In this document: piece by piece, positions 10,308 through 19,002 of the stretch | How positions within the stretch are numbered: position 1 is the stretch's first letter | Layout of the letters: each line of letters opens with the position of its first letter | Assembly: GCA_964577175.1 (NCBI GenBank) | Contig: CAZNYC010000004.1 | Span: 15,804-69,232 of the forward strand | Direction: 5' to 3' | Length of the DNA stretch: 53,429 nucleotides | DNA from: an uncultured Anaerolineales bacterium | GTDB taxonomy: Bacteria; Planctomycetota; Phycisphaerae; FEN-1346 | Notes under the pieces: generated by a model | What the model saw: only the letters and a program-made list of their open reading frames with translations | Database searches by the model: none | What the model was told of the DNA's origin: nothing | Made by a program: the position numbers and the translations under genes

Positions 10308-11750
10308 ATGGAGATATCGTCTGGAACCTTCCGCGAACGGTTGGCGTATCTGGCCATGAGTGCGGCCGTCAAGGGCGCGGACTGGGGCCTCCAGGTGCCG
10401 CCCGTCCGCGACTTCTTCCTGGACCGCCTGCTCGAGCGGTTGGACCAGTCGCACGCCGAGTGCGAGGACGACAGCGAGAAACTGCTCCACGACCGGTGGT
10501 TCGCCGGGCATCTGCGGCCGTTTCTGGACCGGCTGCTGGCGGAGCGTCCGGCGGCGGCGCGGGCCATCCTCCGCTTCATCGCCGCCTGGAGCCTGGACGT
10601 CTACCGCCGGACGGAGGCGTATACGGAAGGCGCCGCCACCCCCTGCACGGTCGTCATCGAGCCCACCGACCGCTGCAACCTGAACTGTCCCGGCTGTTAC
10701 GCCAAGAGCAGGCGCGACGGGTGCGACATCCCGCAGGAGCAGATGGAGAGCATCGTCGAACAGGTCATCGACATGGGCGTGACGCTCGTGACGATCTCCG
10801 GCGGCGAGCCGTTCCTGCGCGAGAAGGCCGACCGCACCCTCACGCGCCTGGCCGAGCGGTTCCCCGATCGCGGCTTTCTCGTCTACACAAACGGGACGCT
10901 CATCGACGAGGAGATCGCCGACCGCCTGGCGCGCGTGGGCAACGTCTTCCCGGCCATCAGCGTGGAGGGGTTTGAGCACGAGACCGACGCCCGCCGCGGC
11001 GACGGCATCTACGACAAGGACCGCCGGGCCCGGCGCCTGCTGGCGGAGCGCGGCGTGATGTGCGGGTTCTCCGCCACCGTCACGCGGGAGAACTGCGAGT
11101 CGATCTGCTCCGATGCCTTCATCGAGATGCGCATCGACGAGGGCGACATGTTCGGCTGGTTCTTCCTGCTGATGCCGATCGGCCGGTCGCCGCGCGTCGA
11201 CCTCATGGTCCGGCCTGAGCAGCGGGCCCTGCTGCGCGAGACGATCTACCGCTGGCGCGAGGAGGACCGGCCCATTTTCCTCGGCGACTTCTGGAACGAC
11301 GGGCCCCTGGTTGGCGGCTGCATCGCCGGCGGAAAGTACTATTTCCACATCTACGCCAACGGCGACATCAGCCCCTGCGTCTTCTCGCCGGTAGCCTGCG
11401 GCAACATCTTCGACATCGTCGACGGCCGGAGCGACTACGCCAGCCTGAACGACTTCGTGCAGCGGCACCCGGTGTTCGTCACGTTCCGGGAGGAGCAGAC
11501 GAAGATCACGGACCGCGCGCGGCCGTGCCTGCTGGTGGATCACCCGGACGCGTTCCGGCGCGTGGCGCGGCTCCCCGAGTGCCGCCCCGCCAAGAACATG
11601 GCCGACGGGTACCTGGACGGCGACATCGCGGACCACGTCGACGCGACCGCAAAGGCGTGGGCGGACCTGGTGCCGCACCTGCCGCCGCTGCCCGCCGAGC
11701 GCGAGGCGACCCAGGCGGCGGAGGCGAAGCGGCCGGCGGCGTCCGCCTGA
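10308..11750 (+). CDS. Radical SAM protein with SPASM/twitch-like C-terminus
   Basis: CNLNCPGC, SGGEPF, YTNGTLI, GCIAGGKYYFHIYANGDISPCVF and RPC. Confidence 0.9.
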   Translation: MEISSGTFRERLAYLAMSAAVKGADWGLQVPPVRDFFLDRLLERLDQSHAECEDDSEKLLHDRWFAGHLRPFLDRLLAERPAAARAILRFIAAWSLDVYRRTEAYTEGAATPCTVVIEPTDRCNLNCPGCYAKSRRDGCDIPQEQMESIVEQVIDMGVTLVTISGGEPFLREKADRTLTRLAERFPDRGFLVYTNGTLIDEEIADRLARVGNVFPAISVEGFEHETDARRGDGIYDKDRRARRLLAERGVMCGFSATVTRENCESICSDAFIEMRIDEGDMFGWFFLLMPIGRSPRVDLMVRPEQRALLRETIYRWREEDRPIFLGDFWNDGPLVGGCIAGGKYYFHIYANGDISPCVFSPVACGNIFDIVDGRSDYASLNDFVQRHPVFVTFREEQTKITDRARPCLLVDHPDAFRRVARLPECRPAKNMADGYLDGDIADHVDATAKAWADLVPHLPPLPAEREATQAAEAKRPAASA

Positions 11751-11877
11751 GGCGCCGGCCGGCGAGGAGGCTGCCGTGCGGCGACGGTGGACCGGGGCTG
11801 TCCGTGTGCAGGTTCACGCCCGAAGATTTAACGCACACGAAACACTTTCTTCGTCGGCGTTATGCCGGTACCAGCCC

Positions 11878-12007
11878 TTAGTCCGGCAACGCTAAGTCGA
11901 GCGCGGCGCGTCTCCGTGCCCGCCGCGCAGCCCCGAAAAGGCCGTTTTGAGCGCGGTGGGTGCGGAGACCCACCGCGCAGAATACGGACTTAGCGTTGTA
12001 GTGTTAG
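11878..12007. mobile_element. 130-bp MITE carrying a family A REP doublet (left TIR degenerate)
   Basis: Left end TTAgtcCggCAACGCTAAG, right end TTAGCGTTGTAGTGTTAG; REPs at 11901-11928 and 11951-11978. Same length as the 37517-37646 copy. Confidence 0.75.
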
Positions 12008-12051
12008 GCGATGAAGGGCCGCAGCAAAGGGCTGAGGCGCCGACTGCCGGG

Positions 12052-12087
12052 GGATTTCCCTGGAAATTCCTTTTGCGTCCGATATAA
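12052..12087 (+). promoter_or_regulatory. Putative -10 box (TATAAT) and upstream imperfect palindrome of the marR gene
   Basis: TATAAT at 12082-12087; near-palindrome GGATTTCC-CT-GGAAATTCC at 12052-12070. Confidence 0.4.
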
Positions 12088-12095
12088 TGTGGCTT

Positions 12096-12722
12096 ATGGC
12101 CTCGGGTGCTATCGAAGAGAAAGCGGCAAGTTTTGCCGTCGCCGAATCGGTGATGCAGGCCCTGCGGCGCATCAGCCGGGCGATTGAACGGCACTCCCAT
12201 TCGCTCGCCAGCCGCTGTGGCCTGACCGTCCCGCAACTGGCCGTCCTCAAGGAACTCGGTGCCGGCGGCGGACGGAGCATCGGCGAACTCACACGGGCCG
12301 TCCACCTGAGCCAGGCGACGGTCACGGGTATCCTGGACCGCCTCCAGCGGCGGGGATTGATCGAACGTCGGCGCGGCGAGGCCGACAAACGGAAGGTCCA
12401 CGTGTGGCTGACCGGGGAAGGCCGCCAGGCGCTGGACCACTCGCCTCCGCTCCTTCATGAGAGCTTTCTGGAGGCGTTCGGGCGGCTCGAGGAGTGGCAG
12501 CAGACGCAGATTCTTTCCTCGCTCCAGCGGGTGGTGGCGATGATGGAGGCGGAACGGATTGAGGCCGCCCCCATGCTGACGCCCGGCCCGATGAACCGGA
12601 CGCCCGAGGAGACACGGTCGTTTCTCGAAGAAACGGAGAGCGGGCATGGGCCCTCGGACGCCCCGGACAGACCGTCTCAGGCGGCGAACGAAACGGGTCA
12701 GCAGGAGGATTCGACCCATTGA
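12096..12722 (+). CDS. MarR family regulator, EctR-like
   Basis: ALRRISRAIERHS..GLTVPQLAVL..LSQATVTGILDRLQRRGLIERRR..DKRKV..LEEWQQTQILSSLQRVVAMM..AAPML resembles MarR regulators found at ectoine/osmolyte loci. Confidence 0.85.
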   Translation: MASGAIEEKAASFAVAESVMQALRRISRAIERHSHSLASRCGLTVPQLAVLKELGAGGGRSIGELTRAVHLSQATVTGILDRLQRRGLIERRRGEADKRKVHVWLTGEGRQALDHSPPLLHESFLEAFGRLEEWQQTQILSSLQRVVAMMEAERIEAAPMLTPGPMNRTPEETRSFLEETESGHGPSDAPDRPSQAANETGQQEDSTH

Positions 12723-12796
12723 ACGCGGGGGGCCGTTGCCCCCTCCGGCCGTAGCGCCATGCCGATGACGGCACCAGCGGTGCGTGGGAGGCGGGC

Positions 12797-13324
12797 ATGC
12801 TTCTGTTTGTCGACGAAAGGGGCACGTTCACGGCGCCATGCCGTGCGAGGTGCTGGCTGGCGTGGCAATATCAGAGGACCAACTATGGAACCTTGTCAAG
12901 GCGGTGCGCTCGGTGGAACGCGAGTACTTCGGTGACTACCTGTGTAATCTGGGAGACCCCGAGCGCAAAGGCAGGAAACTGCTGAAGCGCAAGCGTTTCC
13001 GTAGTGCTGGCCGTTGCGTCGCGACATCGGAAGACGAGTTACCTCAGTTCGCGCATTGTGCCAAAGCCTTTCTTTGTGCATAGCGAGTTGACGACCGGCG
13101 TCTTCCTTGCGGATCTGGCGGCGTATGTGCTTGGGTGGGGGTGGCGATTGGCGAGCATGACTCAGCTGCGGAGGAATGAACTCCAGCCATTCGCGGACAA
13201 ACTCCACGAAATGCAGTTTCAGGGCGAGAAGCCCCGGCGTGATGGGAAAGGCGTGTGGGACTTTTACGGAATTACGTACCTGGACGATCTGCGGGGAAGG
13301 TTTGACCGCGAGGGCGAGTCCTAG
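12797..13324 (+). pseudogene. DUF3800 (RNase H-like fold) pseudogene
   Basis: GGAGG RBS then MLLFVDE(R)G; frameshift near 12830 into EVLAGVAI..LWNL..KGRKLLKRK; second frame change near 13050 (apparent internal deletion) into IVPKPFFVHSELTTGVFLADLAAY. GC is visibly lower than in the flanks. Confidence 0.75.
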
Positions 13325-13347
13325 GCGCGAGGCCGAGTCCCAGGCGC

Positions 13348-13391
13348 AAAAAAATGAAGGCAATGAGCGGCCGAAGCCACCCAAAGCCTCC
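13348..13391 (-). ncRNA. Putative DUF3800-associated small hairpin RNA (or orphan minus-strand terminator)
   Basis: Minus strand reads GGAGGC-UU-UGGGUGGC-UUCG-GCCGCUCA-UU-GCCUUC-A-U7. A TTGACT -35 lies at 13425-13420 with a weak -10 (AATACA) 17 nt away. Confidence 0.55.
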
Positions 13392-13465
13392 GGTGCTGTA
13401 TTGGCCGATTCGGCCCGGAAGTCAAGCGAAAATGCACACAGCGCGAACTTGTTGAAGGACCGACT

Positions 13466-14947
13466 ATGGCCCAGACAACCGACCGACCGAAACACCTGGA
13501 ACCCGGCCTGCCGTCCACGCTCTACCGTCCGCTGACCGAGGCGGATGCCAAGCGCATGGCGGAGGCGGCGCTGGAGGTCCTCGAGAAGTCCGGCGTCGCC
13601 GCCTACTCCGACACCGCCTACCGCACCCTGACCGAGGCGGGCGGCGAGGGCGACGACGAGACCCGTGTCGTCCGCCTGCCCCGCAGCATGGTCGAGGACG
13701 CCGTCGCCTCCAACCCCTCCTCCGTTACGCTCTACAGCCGCGACGGCGAGTTCGATTGCCGGCTCGAAGGCAGCCGCGTCCACTATGGGACGGGGGGCAC
13801 GGCCATCTACGTGCTCGACCCCGAAACGGGCGCGCGCCGGCCCTCGCGCACCGAGGACGTCGTGTTGAACGCGCGGCTCGTGGATACGCTCGAGAACGTG
13901 CACCTCTTCACGATCAACGTGTTCCCGAACGACATCGAGGAGAAGGACCGCATCGACGTGAACCGGTTCTTCCACGCCTTCGACCACACCCGCAAGCACG
14001 TGATGGGCGGCATCTACTCGATGGCCGGATGCAAACGGGTCGTCGAGATGGCCGAGATGATCGCCGGCAGCCCCGAGGCGCTGCGCGACCGGCCGTTCGT
14101 CTCGTTCATCACCCTCATCATCAGCCCGTTCAAGATCGACAAGGACTACGGCGAGATGTGCTGCTACCTCGCGGGCGAGGGGCTGCCCGTGGTCGTGCCG
14201 ACGGAGCCGATCTGCGGCACGACGTCGCCCGTGACGCTGGCGAGCAACGTCCTGACGCACACGGCCGAGACCCTGGCCGGTATCACCCTGGTGCAGTCGG
14301 TCCGCAAAGGCGCGCCGGCCATCTGCGGCAGCGTGGGGTCGATTACGGACCTCAGGACGATGGACCACCTTGGCGGGCCCATCGAACGGGCCATGATCCA
14401 TGCGGCCGTCTCGCAGATGTCGCAATACTTCGACATTCCGCTCTATTCGACGGGCGGCACGAGCGACGCCAAGGAGGTTGACATCCAGGCCGCCTATGAG
14501 AGCGGCATGTCGAGCCTCCTGGTGGCCATGTCCGGGGCCAACTACATCCACGACATCGCCGGCCTCATGGAGGCCGACCTGACGGTCTCGTACGACAAAC
14601 TCGTCATGGACAACGAGATTCTCGGCATGTGCCAGCGGGTCCTGCGGGGCATCGAGGTGGACGACGACCGCCTGGGCACCGACCTCATCATCGAGAAAGG
14701 CCCGGCCCAGGACTTCCTGGCGGAGGAGCACACCATCCGGTACATGCGGAGCGAGTTCTTCCAGCCGCGCCTCGCGAACCGTGAGAAACGCCAGACCTAC
14801 ACGTCCGGGGACTCTGCCCTGGCGCGGGCGAAGGCACAGGTCCAGGAAATCCGCGCCGCCGAGGCCCTGAGCCGCCTCGACGCAGGCGTCCGCGAGCGCA
14901 TCCTCGGGACGTTCGACGAGATCATCCAGCCGGAGGCGACGGCCTGA
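13466..14947 (+). CDS. Trimethylamine methyltransferase (MttB) family protein, non-pyrrolysine
   Basis: ALEVLEKSG, PSSVTLYSRD, GTTSPVTLA, AETLAGITLVQ..GAP, SDAKEVDIQAAYES, SGANYIHD and SYDKLVMDNE. Thr at the Pyl-equivalent site. Confidence 0.92.
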   Translation: MAQTTDRPKHLEPGLPSTLYRPLTEADAKRMAEAALEVLEKSGVAAYSDTAYRTLTEAGGEGDDETRVVRLPRSMVEDAVASNPSSVTLYSRDGEFDCRLEGSRVHYGTGGTAIYVLDPETGARRPSRTEDVVLNARLVDTLENVHLFTINVFPNDIEEKDRIDVNRFFHAFDHTRKHVMGGIYSMAGCKRVVEMAEMIAGSPEALRDRPFVSFITLIISPFKIDKDYGEMCCYLAGEGLPVVVPTEPICGTTSPVTLASNVLTHTAETLAGITLVQSVRKGAPAICGSVGSITDLRTMDHLGGPIERAMIHAAVSQMSQYFDIPLYSTGGTSDAKEVDIQAAYESGMSSLLVAMSGANYIHDIAGLMEADLTVSYDKLVMDNEILGMCQRVLRGIEVDDDRLGTDLIIEKGPAQDFLAEEHTIRYMRSEFFQPRLANREKRQTYTSGDSALARAKAQVQEIRAAEALSRLDAGVRERILGTFDEIIQPEATA

Positions 14948-14966
14948 GCGGTCCGACATGCGTTTT

Positions 14967-15044
14967 GCGCGGCGGGTCTCCGCACCCGCCGCGCAGCCCC
15001 AAGAAGGGCGTTTCGAGCGCGGTGGGTACGGAGACCCACCGCGC
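14967..15044. repeat. REP-like family A inverted doublet (MITE core without TIRs)
   Basis: Copies at 14967-14994 and 15017-15044; the spacer resembles that at 11929-11950. Confidence 0.85.
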
Positions 15045-15096
15045 CAATACGGGCGCGGCCGCATCACGCCCATCGCCGCACTGAAAGGAGATTGCG

Positions 15097-16611
15097 TTGG
15101 CCAAGACACAGCGACAAGGCGTCCTCGTCAGCCGGCCGCGCGAGCGGCTGTCGGAGGATCAGGTCCGCCTCATTGACGGCACCAGCCGTGATCTGCTCCA
15201 GGACCCCGGCCTCCTGTGCTACAACCGCGAGGCCGCGGACCTGTTCGAGAAGGCCGGCGCCGAGGTCGAATCCGGCGACGACTATGCCCACGTGCGGGTC
15301 CCGCCCGAGATGGTCGACCGGGCCGTCGAGTCCGCCCCGTCCACCATCACCCTCGGGGCGCGGAACCCCGACAACCGCCTGATCCTCGACGCCACCGAGC
15401 CGCGCGCCCGGTTCGTGAGCGGTTCCGAGACCAACATCTGGCTCGACGTGGCGTACGACGGGGCGGGGCCGCCCACGCTTACGCGCGAAGACGGCTCCAT
15501 CGAGCGGCTCTGCCGCTCCGCCCACCTGTGCGACCAACTGGAGCACCTCGATTCGTTCATCCGCAACGTCAACATCCAGGACGAGGCCGTCACGGACGCC
15601 AACAAGGACGTCAACAAGTTCCTGGCGAGCCTGAACAACATCACGAAGCACGTACAGGCCGGGCTGACGACGCTGGAGTCGTTGGACGACGTGGTCCGCC
15701 TCGGCCAGATCGTGGCCGGGGGCGAGGAGGCGTTCGCGGCCGAGCCCGTCGTCTCGTTCATCGCGTGCGTCATCAAGAGCCCGCTCCAGGTGGTGGACGA
15801 CACGGCCGCCAAGGTCATCGCGGTGGCCCGGCGCAAGGTGCCGATCGTCATCTCGAGTTGCCCGATGGCCGGCGCGACCGCCCCGTTCGACGAGTACGGT
15901 ATGGTGGCCCAGATCAACGCCGAACTCCTCGCCGGCGTCACGCTGACGCAACTCGCGCAGGAAGGCGCCCCCGTCCTGTACGGCAGCGTGCCGGTGCGGA
16001 CGCGTCTCGACAACTTGAACGACATGTACGGCGCCCCGGAGTTCAACCATTACAACATCGATTGCGCCCAGATGGCCCGCTTCTACCGCCTGCCGTGCTA
16101 CTCCACCTCCGGCGTGGGCGATACGAGCGAGCCGGGCATCCAGGCCACCGCCGAGAAGATGCTCACCTACATGTCCGTCCCGTTCGCGGGCCCGCAGTAC
16201 ATCCACTATGCGTTCGGGCTGCTCGAGCGGACGAACGTCTTCTGCCCGGAGCAGGCGGTGCTCGACAACGCGCACATCGGCATGGTGAAGTTCGCGATGG
16301 CCGGCCCGGACGGCGTGGCGGCGGACCGCCGCGACGAGATCCTCGCCACCGCCCGCGAGATCATGGAGACCGACCACAAGACCTACATCTACCACCTGCC
16401 GATGCCCACGCGCGAGTCCGTCTACGTGGCCTACCCGATGGAGTCCGACGACGGCGATGCCCTCCGCGCCGCCCACGAGGCATACCACGAGATCCTGGCC
16501 CGCCCGCGCAACCCCCTGCCGGACGACGTCCGGGACGCCATCCGCAAACACGTGCCCGGTGTGCTCGACCCGGCGCTGGCAAGTGCACCCAAAGCAAAGG
16601 AGACATCATGA
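15097..16611 (+). CDS. Trimethylamine methyltransferase (MttB) family protein, non-pyrrolysine (second, divergent)
   Basis: APSTITLGARNP, KSPLQ, PMAGATAP, NAELLAGVTLTQL..GAPVLYG, QMARFYRLP and EQAVLDN. TTG start behind AGGAG. Confidence 0.9.
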   Translation: MAKTQRQGVLVSRPRERLSEDQVRLIDGTSRDLLQDPGLLCYNREAADLFEKAGAEVESGDDYAHVRVPPEMVDRAVESAPSTITLGARNPDNRLILDATEPRARFVSGSETNIWLDVAYDGAGPPTLTREDGSIERLCRSAHLCDQLEHLDSFIRNVNIQDEAVTDANKDVNKFLASLNNITKHVQAGLTTLESLDDVVRLGQIVAGGEEAFAAEPVVSFIACVIKSPLQVVDDTAAKVIAVARRKVPIVISSCPMAGATAPFDEYGMVAQINAELLAGVTLTQLAQEGAPVLYGSVPVRTRLDNLNDMYGAPEFNHYNIDCAQMARFYRLPCYSTSGVGDTSEPGIQATAEKMLTYMSVPFAGPQYIHYAFGLLERTNVFCPEQAVLDNAHIGMVKFAMAGPDGVAADRRDEILATAREIMETDHKTYIYHLPMPTRESVYVAYPMESDDGDALRAAHEAYHEILARPRNPLPDDVRDAIRKHVPGVLDPALASAPKAKETS

Positions 16612-17948
16612 CTATTACGAGAACCGAACGAAGCGGCGTGTCGGAAGACGACCCCCTCGCGCCCGAAGAGCAGATGGAAGCCTATGCCGAGGCCGTCAGC
16701 AGCGGCCTGTACGCCAAGCAGTCCGGCCTGGTCGGCAAGTACGACAACGTCCGCCGATTCTGGGAGGACGAGATCACCCGCATCTACCTGCGGCCTCACC
16801 TGAAGCGGCTCATCGACCGCAGCCAGTCGCTGATGCGGCGGGTGAGGGTGCTCGACCTCGGCTGCGGTTCCGCCGACGGGTACGAACTGCTCGCCGGTGT
16901 CCGCCAGCGGGACTCCGACATTCACTCCAGCGCGGTCAAACTCCTCCAGGACGAGATCCTTGGGGAGTACAAGGGCCTGGACCTTAGCGCCGAACTGCTC
17001 GACCAGGCCCGGAGCATCTACGGCAACCGGCCCAAAATGGTCTTCGATCAGGGCGACTTCACCCAGGGGCTGCCCCTCGGCGAGGACGCGCGGCCGTACG
17101 ACCTCTACTTCACCTCCTACGGCACGATGTCGCATCATAATGACGACGCGACGGCCGTCCGCCTGCTGGCCGACATCGCCCGCCGATGCGAGCACTACTG
17201 CATCATCGTCTGCGACTGGCTCGGCCGCTACTCCTACGAATGGCAGAGCCTTTGGACGAACGAACCCGAGACGTTCCAGAATCTCGATTACGTCGTCTCC
17301 TACATCTACTCGCCGGAAGAGCGCGAGCGGATGCGCGACCAACTCCAACACCTGACGCTCCGCCTCATGAGCCGCCAGGAGGCCGAGAACATCGTCCAGC
17401 GGGCATCGGAGGAGGCGGGCGTCGAGATCCGCCCGCTCCAGTTCTTCGACCGCTCCGTCCTCACGGGCCGCCACCTCGACACCGGCGAGTACAACGCCCA
17501 CGCCCAGCCGCTGCGCCAGGCCGTCAACTCCCTGCACGAGACCGGCGTCCGGACGGAATTGGAGTCGCTCATCTTCAACTACGTGCCGAAGCAGAACTTC
17601 GCCTTCCTCAACGACTACTTCGAGCATCTCCAGATGGCCTGGAACACGCTCATCGAGTACGTGGCGTGCCTGCTGGACGCCTACGACGAGACCGAACGCG
17701 CCTTCATCCCCGGGGCGCCGGAGGTGCCGGCCACGTACCCGGCGCCGCTGCGTGACATGATGGCCCGTATGCGCGTCGTCGTCGATGGCATCGGCTGGCT
17801 GCATTACGGCCTGCCGCGAGAGAACATCATTGAACCCCAACTCGGCTACGCCCTGCGATACCTCATCATGAACCTGCAGCAGGGGCAGGGGTGCGGCCAC
17901 GGACTGGTCGGTATCCTGGAGGTCGACAGGGACGGCCGGCGACAGTAA
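16608..17948 (+). CDS. Class I SAM-dependent methyltransferase (446 aa)
   Basis: VLDLGCGSADG motif I, YKGLDLSAELLDQAR, QGDF and YDLYF. ATGA overlap with the upstream mttB stop. Confidence 0.85.
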   Translation: MTITRTERSGVSEDDPLAPEEQMEAYAEAVSSGLYAKQSGLVGKYDNVRRFWEDEITRIYLRPHLKRLIDRSQSLMRRVRVLDLGCGSADGYELLAGVRQRDSDIHSSAVKLLQDEILGEYKGLDLSAELLDQARSIYGNRPKMVFDQGDFTQGLPLGEDARPYDLYFTSYGTMSHHNDDATAVRLLADIARRCEHYCIIVCDWLGRYSYEWQSLWTNEPETFQNLDYVVSYIYSPEERERMRDQLQHLTLRLMSRQEAENIVQRASEEAGVEIRPLQFFDRSVLTGRHLDTGEYNAHAQPLRQAVNSLHETGVRTELESLIFNYVPKQNFAFLNDYFEHLQMAWNTLIEYVACLLDAYDETERAFIPGAPEVPATYPAPLRDMMARMRVVVDGIGWLHYGLPRENIIEPQLGYALRYLIMNLQQGQGCGHGLVGILEVDRDGRRQ

Positions 17949-18149
17949 GCCGCCGACGCCGCGCAGGAATGACGGGGACGTTTTCGGCGCGAGTGGAGGC
18001 CTGTGTTCGCCGGCCCGCTTGCGGGCCGCGCGCCTTTGCGTTTCGAGGGGGGCAGGAGACGGCCCCCCCGGCACTCGCTTGGAGCGCGGTCGGGCGAGAC
18101 ACGGTCCCGGACCTGATCGGGCGCCAGGGCCGCTGGCAGGAAAGGCACA

Positions 18150-18773
18150 ATGGAAGCGTTCTCCGGGTCGCTGGTCTCGTTCCTGGCGATACTGAACCCG
18201 TTTGCCCTGTGTCTGTACCTGGAGGAGGTGATGGCGAAGTTCGAACGCAAGGGCTTCATCCGCATCCTGGGCAGCGCCTGCGCGTTCTCGCTCGCCGTCT
18301 TCCTGCTCTGCGCCTACGGGGGGGAGCCGTTTCTGCGACGGGTGCTGCGCGTCAAGCCGGAGGCCATGCGCGTCTTCGGCGGCCTGATCTTTCTCATCGT
18401 CGGATACAACTATGCCGTCAAGGGATACCGGACGGCCGAACTGCTTCGCGGGTCGCTGGAGGATCTGCCCGCCGCCATCGCCATGCCGCTCATGATCGGC
18501 GCCGGCACGGTCACCCAGTCGATCCTGATCGGTAAGGCCCTGCCCATGTGGGAGTGGGCGCTGGTGCTGGCCGGTGGGGTGGCGGTGGCGTTTGTCATTG
18601 TCGTGGCGTTCAAGGTGATTCGCGACCACGTGCGGGCACGCCGCGAGGCCCTGTTCGACCGCTACGTCGCCGTTCTGGCCCGCGTCAACGGGCTGGTTAT
18701 CGGTGCAATCTCGGTCAATATGATCGTCACGGGGCTTCACGCCCTGTGGGAGACCAGTGACGGAATGATCTGA
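18150..18773 (+). CDS. MarC family membrane protein
   Basis: AILNPF, FGGLIF, AMPLMIGAGT and RVNGLVIGAISVNMIVTG; about six TM helices. Confidence 0.9.
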   Translation: MEAFSGSLVSFLAILNPFALCLYLEEVMAKFERKGFIRILGSACAFSLAVFLLCAYGGEPFLRRVLRVKPEAMRVFGGLIFLIVGYNYAVKGYRTAELLRGSLEDLPAAIAMPLMIGAGTVTQSILIGKALPMWEWALVLAGGVAVAFVIVVAFKVIRDHVRARREALFDRYVAVLARVNGLVIGAISVNMIVTGLHALWETSDGMI

Positions 18774-19002
18774 CAACCGCACGTCGCCGGTGCCGGCCGC
18801 GCAAGACGTATCCGCATCGGCCGTTGCCGGGACGGCGGTGGAGGCTGCGCGGCCTCCGATACACGCAAGGAAGGACGCAGCCGGCCCGGAGGCCGGGCAG
18901 GCTGCCATAGACCGCGGACCGTGCCGGCGGGGCACGGACCGGTCGCGACCCGTACCAGGAAGCCGCCCCCCGCCCGCACGGAACCGAAAGGAGACGTCAA
19001 CC

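Noticed and set aside
12784-13324. Three independent small genes or programmed frameshifting
   Set aside because: The fragments join into one DUF3800-like sequence with an apparently missing middle, and there is no slippery site; best read as a pseudogene, though assembly error is not excluded.
15216-16607. N-terminal extension of the 910-aa ORF (and similar extensions at 8518, 18790, 33474, 6422, 23706, 30473)
   Set aside because: The extensions overlap neighbouring genes or repeats; internal starts with an RBS or family-typical N-termini fit better.
13466-16611. Pyrrolysine recoding in the MttB genes
   Set aside because: Both ORFs are open through the Pyl-equivalent site, and no pyl genes or tRNA-Pyl were seen.
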